In this document: positions 26,348 through 33,828 of the stretch, piece after piece | Layout: every line of letters begins with the position of its first letter | How positions within the stretch are numbered: position 1 is the stretch's first letter | DNA from: an uncultured Gammaproteobacteria bacterium | GTDB taxonomy: Bacteria > Patescibacteriota > Patescibacteriia > 2-12-FULL-60-25 | Reading direction: 5' to 3' | DNA: 51,276 bases | Assembly: GCA_964359565.1 (NCBI GenBank) | Contig: CAYHTN010000001.1 | Location: forward strand, 1-51,276 | Position numbers and translations under genes: made by a program | Notes under the pieces: model-generated | Databases searched by the model: none | Told to the model about the DNA's origin: nothing | The model's input: only the letters and a program-made list of their open reading frames with translations

Positions 26348-29300
26348 CTACGCATCCTTGCCTCTTTGCTTTGAGAGCCCGACTTTTTGGTCGATAATTG
26401 TTTCTTTGGCCTGACGTAAATCGATGTCCTGGGAAACAAATTTATCGTAGCCGATCTTTTCGGCCGTGATGTAATACAGGCCCTTCCCGGCAAAGAAGCC
26501 ATATTTCCCTTTCTGATCGGTAATTTGCGTCTCTAACAGCTTGTTAAACTTCTTATCGAAGACACGAATAATGGCGCGCTCAAGCGGCTGTTTCGAACCC
26601 ATATCGTAGGCGATGCCCCAATCTTTTAATTTCGGAGGTAAAGCCAAACGGCGGAACAAGAAGTAGGAAACGAGCTGCACGCCGAACAATCCACCGGTAA
26701 CCACCGAGGGCGCGATCGCAAACGCACCCACGGAGACCGCCGTCCCAACGACGCCTACAAGGCTCTGCGCTCGACGCAAACGCCCTTGCCAGATGATCTT
26801 TGCGGGCGGTAATTCGCGTACGATCGGATCGATGGGGATGTTCGGTGTGAGTAACGCCCCATCTTTTGCCGTGATAATTTCCCCATGATAAAGGTCTAAG
26901 AAGTCTCCGTCTTCTTTTTCTGCTTTGAGATAAGCTGAGGGATACGTGTAATTGGGCTTCAGCACCTGTACCCGATACTGTCCGGGTGGTGCTATAAAAG
27001 AAAAGCGTCCTTGCGCATCTGTGATGCGCGTTTGTACCACCACCCCCGAACCCGCGTGCACAAGACGGGCGATTGCAAGCTCAATCGGCTGTTTACTCAG
27101 AGCATTATAAATCGTGCCCCACTTCTTTCGTTTGCGTCGACGAATCAGTAAGAGCGGTTGCGTAAATAAGAACCGAGCATAATTGAGCGCAGAAAAAGAA
27201 GATACGGCTGTCGCCGTTACTGCGACCGATGCAACCGCGACCGTTGGAGCCACAATCAACTTGGTTGCATCCTGTACGGCTGACGTTTCACTCAGATCTC
27301 GTAAAATTTGCGCAGCGATGCTTGTTTGCCCTAAAAGAGCCGCGGTATTTTCGCCAAGACTTGCATCCGCACTCAGAACTTCTGATAATGGCCTCAATTC
27401 TTTCGTGAGCGTAATAGGGAGAGCAAGCACCTGATCACGAACTTCTATCGCACGTTCAATCGAGCGGAATCCCACCTTACTCACCCGCAGACGATAGCTC
27501 CCTTGTGGCATCATAAATCCATAGACCCCGTCCTCTCCCGTAGTAAAGGGATTCTGCATTCGGAATGGCTCCGCCGCCCAACGACTTCCGTCCGCACGCA
27601 GCACCTCGACGAGCGCCTTATGAATCGCAGGAGTGTGGTCACGCTGCATCAACGTCCCTTCACGCACGATCCCAAAGGGACGGGTACGAATCGTTCCGAT
27701 TTCTCGACGACGCGAGCCATTTTCATACTGCAATAGAACTTCGTAGGGAATATCACGGATTTCGGCCGAGGACATGACCGTCGTCTCCCAAGCGAGATCA
27801 GAAGCGCGTCCGGTCAATAAGTAAAGCGACTCTCCAACTCGGAGCTGTCCTCCCGTCGGTGTTTGCCCAGAGGGCTGTAAAGAAATACGAAAGAGCATGG
27901 CACGCGAAGGTAAGATCGTACGGACCATTTGTATTGGCAAAAGCTCTAGTGCCCCACTCGCAACATAAACGTGCGTCTGCACCTGTCCGTCAAACGGAAG
28001 GACTGTTCTTCCCTCAGGAGAGTCAGACGACCCATCTGTACGCGCATCTCCTTCTAAAGGCATAAGCACACTAAGCGGACTCGTTGCTGGACTCACGCCT
28101 GCCGGCAGAGGGATTGGCGTCGTGATATCCGGTGTCAAAAGAGAATCCGTTGAGCCGAGACCGGGGGCTCGTCCCGGTATGGTGATAGCAGCACCTGGTG
28201 CTCCACCAACCGTAGGCGTCGGTCCTACTGGCGACCTTGGTCCATTGTCTGCCGAATCGGGCGGAGGAGACACGAGCGCTCCTGGGTCGAGCGGAGGAAG
28301 CGCTGCAGGAGGTGGCGCTGCGGGTTCGAGCTCGGGAGTTGCCGCGCCACGCTCTGTCCGTGCACTTGTGAATGCTCCACTTGAAGCATTCCCTGAAGGG
28401 TCTAGGGCAAAAATCGTATAATAATAAACTGTATCATCAAGAAGACCCGTGTCTACAAGACTTGTATCCGTTCCGGTATAAACCAATCGCCCTTCGCGGG
28501 GTGACATGGGAGGGCCAGACAAGCTCGCACGCACCATCAGATAATCACCGTCTTCAAGTGGCGGGTTCGCCCACATCACTTTTATAGATCGTCTATATCC
28601 AAAAGACATGACATTTAATGGATTTGGAGGTGCTGTTCGATCTTCGGCGGTACGAAACGTGAGGTTGACCGGAGGGGAGGTGAGTCCGGTCGCCTCTTGA
28701 GCGGTGATCTCGATGTTATATTCGGTTCCGGCACGCAAGCCCCTGAATGTCGCGGCATGCGAGCGTGTTGACGCTGCCTCGGTCATGATTTGGGAACTTC
28801 CTACTCCTATCACAACAGGGGTCAATCTGATGGTCCCAATCGCATCAATGTCGGTATCAAAAAGGACCGTGACAGCTCGATCTGTGATCGACGTGACTCG
28901 AGCATTCGAAATAATCGGTGCATGCGGTACGGCGATCGTGCGAAATGAGATGGTTCCGATACCGACAATGTCAGACGGCGTTTGAGAACGAACACGTACG
29001 TGATAGGTCCGCTCTGGCAAAAGATCCGCGATGCGAATGCGATGTTCACGGGTAAGCGGTGCGCTTTCGGCTCGCAATCCTCCATACGACATCGTCTCAC
29101 CATATTCAACCTGCCGGTTGGCGCTCGCGCTAGTTTCCCAGACAACAGTCGCGTCATTCCAGCGAATCGTTTCAAGACGAAGATTGGAAATGGTTAATAT
29201 TGGCGGGGGTAGAGCTGTCGGATCTCCCGCTGCACTCGCTCCACCACCCGCACCGCCACTTCCCCCACTCGATGCCGACGGAACGGTCGCTGTCACGGTG

Positions 29301-29845
29301 ACCACATCATTATTTACAATCTGAACAAAGAAAGTCCCCCCCTCGAAGGGGGTACGTATGAGAAACCGATAAAGACCTGGAATTAAAGGGTTCGTGATTC
29401 GCACCGATCCTCCGCTCACATGCAGTCCAATACTCACGATAATTTTACTTCCTGCAGGTAATCCTGCTACTCCGGCATTCGTCGGTACTTGAAATCTCAA
29501 TGTCTGTCCTGACACACTCACTCCCCAAATACTACTCGCTGAACCACCCGCCAATGTCGCGGTCGTTTCGAGACCGGTTGATGGTCCATATGAGAGAGAT
29601 ATATCACTTGGGACTAGCGCTGGGATCGTAAAAGCTGCCGGAAAAACAATCTCTATCGTATTTCCCGCCGATGTTAGTGCGGTGGGAATGGTCGCCCGAA
29701 TGGTATGGTCTACGGCCGTATTCGTGAGTGAACGCGAAAGCTGATCTTGCATCGCAGAAATATTTGCTGCATACACCGTGTTAATTGAAAAGAGAACGCT
29801 CAAACAACTCAACCAACACACGATAAGACCACGTAGCTTCTTCAT
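26348..29845 (-). CDS. giant surface protein: signal peptide, FN3-like domains, Pro-rich linker, three carboxypeptidase-regulatory-like domains, internal TM pairs
   Basis: 1165 aa.
- Signal peptide ending VYA/AN.
- FN3/PAP-N-like segments (ISNLRLETIRWNDATVVWETSA...YHVRVRS).
- Gly-rich and Pro-rich linkers.
- Three G-x-Y/F beta-sandwich motifs (GVYGFMMPQGSYRLRVSKVGF, GRFSFIAPPGQYRVQVLKPNY, GKYGFFAGKGLYYITAEKIGY).
- Hydrophobic helix pairs at about residues 863-900 and 1028-1065. Confidence 0.85.
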   Translation of the reverse strand: MKKLRGLIVCWLSCLSVLFSINTVYAANISAMQDQLSRSLTNTAVDHTIRATIPTALTSAGNTIEIVFPAAFTIPALVPSDISLSYGPSTGLETTATLAGGSASSIWGVSVSGQTLRFQVPTNAGVAGLPAGSKIIVSIGLHVSGGSVRITNPLIPGLYRFLIRTPFEGGTFFVQIVNNDVVTVTATVPSASSGGSGGAGGGASAAGDPTALPPPILTISNLRLETIRWNDATVVWETSASANRQVEYGETMSYGGLRAESAPLTREHRIRIADLLPERTYHVRVRSQTPSDIVGIGTISFRTIAVPHAPIISNARVTSITDRAVTVLFDTDIDAIGTIRLTPVVIGVGSSQIMTEAASTRSHAATFRGLRAGTEYNIEITAQEATGLTSPPVNLTFRTAEDRTAPPNPLNVMSFGYRRSIKVMWANPPLEDGDYLMVRASLSGPPMSPREGRLVYTGTDTSLVDTGLLDDTVYYYTIFALDPSGNASSGAFTSARTERGAATPELEPAAPPPAALPPLDPGALVSPPPDSADNGPRSPVGPTPTVGGAPGAAITIPGRAPGLGSTDSLLTPDITTPIPLPAGVSPATSPLSVLMPLEGDARTDGSSDSPEGRTVLPFDGQVQTHVYVASGALELLPIQMVRTILPSRAMLFRISLQPSGQTPTGGQLRVGESLYLLTGRASDLAWETTVMSSAEIRDIPYEVLLQYENGSRRREIGTIRTRPFGIVREGTLMQRDHTPAIHKALVEVLRADGSRWAAEPFRMQNPFTTGEDGVYGFMMPQGSYRLRVSKVGFRSIERAIEVRDQVLALPITLTKELRPLSEVLSADASLGENTAALLGQTSIAAQILRDLSETSAVQDATKLIVAPTVAVASVAVTATAVSSFSALNYARFLFTQPLLLIRRRKRKKWGTIYNALSKQPIELAIARLVHAGSGVVVQTRITDAQGRFSFIAPPGQYRVQVLKPNYTYPSAYLKAEKEDGDFLDLYHGEIITAKDGALLTPNIPIDPIVRELPPAKIIWQGRLRRAQSLVGVVGTAVSVGAFAIAPSVVTGGLFGVQLVSYFLFRRLALPPKLKDWGIAYDMGSKQPLERAIIRVFDKKFNKLLETQITDQKGKYGFFAGKGLYYITAEKIGYDKFVSQDIDLRQAKETIIDQKVGLSKQRGKDA

Positions 29846-30804
29846 ACGGAGGCACGCACAAAACGACGAATCAACTGACGACGTATCCCATAAAGCACAA
29901 TGATCAGTGCGAAGACTATTCCCGCGAAGAGCGCCATCAGACGCACTGGCCAGATCGAGATACGAAAAAGCTCTGTCGTCGGAAGTCCGTTCCCATGACT
30001 TGGCTCAAACGAGAGCGTATAAGGTCCAAACCCACCATTCGAAAGCTCTCCTCCCACCATCGCCCAAAAACCCGCTTCCACTCCTGGTGGATGGTTTTGC
30101 CATACGTGTGAAAAACTTCGACGCGAACCTGACAAAATCCGAGAACCCGTAGGATTAAATGGAATGCGGCTGCGTTCTCTTCCAAACATATTTCGAACCA
30201 CGAGCGTCCCTTGAGGAATCGCATAACTCCCTCCCTGGTTTTCAACCGTGGCTTGGATCAGCACAGGAAGTTGTGTGAACCAAGATGCTGGTCGATTGAC
30301 CCACGTAAAGGCAAGATGTTCTTCCTGCACCGCTCCCACCCGTAAAAATACCAGGATCCCGGTTCGGACTCCCACCCCGACGCCTGAGTCCGGAGGAGCT
30401 GGAGCAACGGTCGAAACAAAGATCGCCTCTTGGACACTGCCACGAGGGGCCTCCGCCGGAACACGAATAGTAAAGGAGATACGTTCTTGCCGACCTGGTG
30501 TAAGCAATACAGAGGACTTCGAAAGATATGTCCAGGTTGGTAAACCGCTCGTTTCTGTAACAGGTAGAAACGATTGGTCTCCATCCTCCCCTTGAGGAAG
30601 AAACTTCTGAATCGAGAAGTAATAGGATTGCGACTGGCGTTCATCGTTTGTAATAAGAAAAGAGGCGTTGATGGACTGTCCTGGTTCTGCCACGAGATCA
30701 AGAATAGCCGGCTCTACCGCTAACGCACGTGCCTCACGAATGCCAAGACTAAAAAAAATAAAAACCAAGAGTGATGTCAGGACCGACAAAAAAATGCCGC
30801 GCAT
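29842..30804 (-). CDS. secreted two-domain protein with C-terminal TM anchor (DUF916/DUF3324-like architecture, tentative)
   Basis: Start moved to the ATG at 30804 (MRGIFLSVLTSLLVFIFFSLGIREARALA is a signal peptide); the tracked 30912 start overlaps the upstream gene. C-terminal helix LMALFAGIVFALIIVLYGI plus RRQLIRR. There is a 4-nt overlap with the next gene. Confidence 0.75.
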   Translation of the reverse strand: MRGIFLSVLTSLLVFIFFSLGIREARALAVEPAILDLVAEPGQSINASFLITNDERQSQSYYFSIQKFLPQGEDGDQSFLPVTETSGLPTWTYLSKSSVLLTPGRQERISFTIRVPAEAPRGSVQEAIFVSTVAPAPPDSGVGVGVRTGILVFLRVGAVQEEHLAFTWVNRPASWFTQLPVLIQATVENQGGSYAIPQGTLVVRNMFGRERSRIPFNPTGSRILSGSRRSFSHVWQNHPPGVEAGFWAMVGGELSNGGFGPYTLSFEPSHGNGLPTTELFRISIWPVRLMALFAGIVFALIIVLYGIRRQLIRRFVRASV

Positions 30805-30808
30805 ACAG

Positions 30809-31753
30809 TTAATACCTTGGGGTAAGGGTATAAAAGACGGTCTGAGAATAGGATCCGGGGGCCGTGCTCGTGGCCACGGCAAGTTTAAATAGCTGGGCGG
30901 TTTGATCGCCACTCATGGTTATTTCGTCCGAGATCGTTGGCGACGATTGCACTAATCGAGGTGTTGTTGTCACACCGAAGTCCGTTCCTGGAGACACCGT
31001 TCGCATCCCTATTCCCATAGAGCCATACTCTTCGACTCCCACGGTCACCGCACCGTCCGTCACTGCTGCGATTGGTGAACCTCCACCATTTACAAGATTG
31101 GTGAGCCCCTGCATGTACACAAGATATCCGCTCGGAGCTGTTGAATGAACCAGTATTCGCAGTACCAACGTCGGCTGGCTTGTCGATACAACCGCTCCAA
31201 AGGGGAGAGCGGTCCCACTCAAGCGAAAAACCCCATCATTCCCGCCTGAAGGGACCGGACTCAATGGTCCAGAAGTTTGGAAATTCATCACAGTGATTTT
31301 ACTCCCAACGATCGAAGAGATCTCTCCAATCGCCGTCGCTTGAGCAAAGCCGCTATTTTCGACGACCGCAATCGTATTCCCAACCGAAAAAGCTCCTGGA
31401 GTCGTGACGGTGACCGTTCCCAGACCAGTATCCACCGCCGAGTACGTAGAGTCATATGTTGAAGTCGCAGACTGTGCCGCCACGGCGATAGAAATCCGAT
31501 CGATATTCTCACCTGCACGATATCCAGCCGATAATTTATACGCACTGCCGGTAGAAGTCCCTGCCGCAACTCCTCCAATCGTGTCATGAATTCTATACGC
31601 TGAAGAAGTTGCCGCTTCATTGCCACCGGCATTCAATGAGTCCCAGTCGATACGATAGTTCAAACTCGACATCGCCATCGCCGTTGAAGCAAGGCTAGAA
31701 AAAAGAAGTACCCCAAAAAGAACACGCCAAAGCATGGCATCAGTATAAAGCAT
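30809..31753 (-). CDS. secreted beta-rich protein (first gene of the envelope operon)
   Basis: 314 aa. Signal peptide (LFGVLLFSSLASTAMA), repeated S-x-x-Y-[RK]-[IL] motifs near the N-terminus and a C-terminal APGSYSQTVFYTLTPRY. An ATG at 31735 is an alternative start. Confidence 0.75.
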   Translation of the reverse strand: MLYTDAMLWRVLFGVLLFSSLASTAMAMSSLNYRIDWDSLNAGGNEAATSSAYRIHDTIGGVAAGTSTGSAYKLSAGYRAGENIDRISIAVAAQSATSTYDSTYSAVDTGLGTVTVTTPGAFSVGNTIAVVENSGFAQATAIGEISSIVGSKITVMNFQTSGPLSPVPSGGNDGVFRLSGTALPFGAVVSTSQPTLVLRILVHSTAPSGYLVYMQGLTNLVNGGGSPIAAVTDGAVTVGVEEYGSMGIGMRTVSPGTDFGVTTTPRLVQSSPTISDEITMSGDQTAQLFKLAVATSTAPGSYSQTVFYTLTPRY

Positions 31754-32123
31754 TTTAGACCGTCAGACGATCCACACTTAAATACAAAAAACGTTCGATC
31801 TTAGGCTATGTGACTAGGCTCCTCTAAATGAGTCGTAAAATAAATATATTTTACACGACACCTCTTCAAAAATACTTACGTTCGTAAAAAATCATCTAAT
31901 ACACTTCGCCTTGAACGAGTAATTCTTCCCAATGCAACTTTACAGACTACAACGTCACACCATTTGCCTTTCAACATCCTAAAATTGACAGACAATACCT
32001 ATTATACCAATAAAAAACATCGGATGAGTCTGAACTCAATCTCTCAGACGCACTTCGATGTTAAAACAACAAACAAAGCTGGGCTCTCATCATTATTTTT
32101 GACAAGATGAACAGATATGCTAC

Positions 32124-32423
32124 TTATCCACAGTAAAAATCTTAAAAAGATGGCATATTCTATTTATACACAGCCTTATCCACAGATAAATGACACTATC
32201 GAAGATAGCTAGAAAATTGTTTCACATGAAACATCTCATTTTAAAACTTATCCACAGAGTCTAACTTGAGATCGCGGGCTTGATATTAACCAGACTAGAA
32301 AACGTGATGAATATATTAACATATACACATCTTATCCACAGATATGAAAGTATCTGTCAAACAGCCTATCTACGATACTTTATGTAGTTTTTACATATCA
32401 AAAAATTACAAAACTGTGGATAA
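32124..32423. promoter_or_regulatory. cluster of five perfect DnaA boxes in an AT-rich spacer (candidate oriC or DnaA-binding locus)
   Basis: TTATCCACA at 32124-32132, 32176-32184, 32248-32256 and 32332-32340; TGTGGATAA at 32415-32423. All five share the extended 11-mer CTTATCCACAG. A one-mismatch box, TTATACACA, lies at 32164-32172. Confidence 0.6.
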
Positions 32424-32660
32424 GTTTTTCTATCGCATGCATTACTACTGTTCCGGTAATCATACTTGCTTAGGTAAACAGACGACCTGAATAACCAGGT
32501 ATTAGAACATTAAGACGACAAGCGTCCTAGCTAGTAGGAGTCCGAGGCTCATAATCACAAACGAACGTTTACAAAAACCCCTCTCCCTAAAAAGGGGAAA
32601 AAATGATCGTCGTAAAGAGCCTTACTGAGCAATCTTAAGGATGACTGGGTGTTTAGTGCT

Positions 32661-32688
32661 AAAAAATACAATCTCACTGATCAGTGAG
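32661..32688 (-). terminator. hairpin plus T-run on the minus strand, about 165 nt downstream of tRNA-Ala(CGC)
   Basis: 16-bp palindrome CTCACTGATCAGTGAG (32673-32688), followed on the minus strand by ATTGTATTTTTT. Confidence 0.45.
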
Positions 32689-32852
32689 GCGTATCTGGCG
32701 GGGCATGCAGATCAACTTGTTTTCAACCACGAACGTTACGTCCTGCGCTAAAACGGATTCCAAAATGGACCTATTGGCTGCGTCACCGCTATAGAATGCG
32801 GTAGGTGTGGACCACAACGAAAAAACCACCCTATTCAGGCATGGTCCTTGCG

Positions 32853-32928
32853 TGGTGGACTGGAGGGGAGTCGAACCCCTGACCTCTGCAATGCGAATGC
32901 AGCGCTCTACCAACTGAGCTACCAGCCC
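32853..32928 (-). tRNA. tRNA-Ala(CGC), CCA encoded
   Basis: Hand-folded 76-nt cloverleaf: GGGCTGG/CCAGTCC acceptor with G3:U70, anticodon loop UUCGCAU, T-loop TTCGACT. Confidence 0.9.
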
Positions 32929-33120
32929 ATAAATTGTATCGTGACCCTCATCCAGATTTATTCATCATCATTTAGCTTAGATAAATGTTTCACGTGAAAC
33001 ATTTCAAATGTGGCTAACCTGACACAGGTTATACAATAAATTCTCTGTAGATCCTACTAAGTAGAGAAACAAAGCTAAGGTGTGTTAAATCCATCTCTCT
33101 AACCACCGAGCTGAGCTCGG

Positions 33121-33196
33121 TGGTGCCCTCAAGTGGAGTCGAACCACTATTTAAGGCTTAGGACGCCCCCGTTCTATCCAGTTGAACTATGAGGAC
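33121..33196 (-). tRNA. tRNA-Arg(CCU), CCA encoded
   Basis: Hand-folded 76-nt cloverleaf: acceptor GTCCTCA/TGAGGGC, anticodon stem GGGGC/GCCTT (two G:U pairs), loop GUCCUAA, T-arm AGTGG-TTCGACT-CCACT. An 11-bp-arm palindrome (ACCACCGAGCT g AGCTCGGTGGT, 33101-33123) overlaps its 3' end. Confidence 0.8.
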
Positions 33197-33210
33197 AAGT
33201 GTCGTAAAAT
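33182..33210 (+). promoter_or_regulatory. candidate promoter P1 for rpsT (TTGAAC-17 nt-TAAAAT)
   Basis: Hexamers read from the sequence. The -10 lies inside the 13-nt repeat AGTGTCGTAAAAT (33198-33210). Overlaps the 5' end of tRNA-Arg on the opposite strand. Confidence 0.35.
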
Positions 33211-33294
33211 AATTACAATGTTCTTTTCTCCAGCATTGATGAGGATACCTACGACACCTTTTTCTGTCAAAACAAGTCTTTTAGAATAAAGTCA

Positions 33295-33323
33295 TTAGAA
33301 AGAACCTGCGAGTGTCGTAAAAT
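33295..33323 (+). promoter_or_regulatory. candidate promoter P2 for rpsT (TTAGAA-17 nt-TAAAAT)
   Basis: Second copy of AGTGTCGTAAAAT, at 33311-33323. Confidence 0.3.
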
Positions 33324-33524
33324 TTGCAATTTATTGATTTTCTTAGGACCCTCAGATTTGGATGCAGTCCGAGGAAGAGTCGAGGCTTTTTACGAAGTGC
33401 TATGGAATAGCGGTGAGTAAAAAACACAGAGTCTGACGAAGGAATGCGCCAAATCTGAGGGTCCGTGCGGGCGGTTGACGGGGAAGGGGGAGTAAGGTAG
33501 TCTTGCATCCATCACTTCTCTGCT

Positions 33525-33788
33525 ATGCCAAATAAGCACGCCGCCATCAAAGACCTGCGCAAGAGTAAAAAGCGCGCCATCACCAATAAACGCCTGAAAA
33601 CACACATTAAATCATTGACCCAGCAGTTGATGAGTCTTGTGAAAGAAGGCAAAAAGACGGACGCGACGGGAATTGCCCAAAAGCTCCAGCAAGCGCTCGG
33701 AAAAGCCACACGCGAGAACATCATCCATCGCAATAACGCGAGCCGCAAAACATCGAACACGCACCGCATGGTGAGCAAGATGAAATAA
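33525..33788 (+). CDS. rpsT: 30S ribosomal protein S20
   Basis: 87 aa, very basic. The MPNKHAAIKDLRKSKKRAITNKRLK opening is typical of S20. Confidence 0.9.
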   Translation: MPNKHAAIKDLRKSKKRAITNKRLKTHIKSLTQQLMSLVKEGKKTDATGIAQKLQQALGKATRENIIHRNNASRKTSNTHRMVSKMK

Positions 33789-33794
33789 AAAAAG

Positions 33795-33826
33795 ACACCC
33801 CTCTGCATCAGGCACGGGGGTGTTTT
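33795..33826. terminator. bidirectional terminator between rpsT and holA
   Basis: Stem ACACCCC/GGGGTGT flanked by an A-run on the left and a T-run on the right. Confidence 0.6.
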
Positions 33827-33828
33827 CA

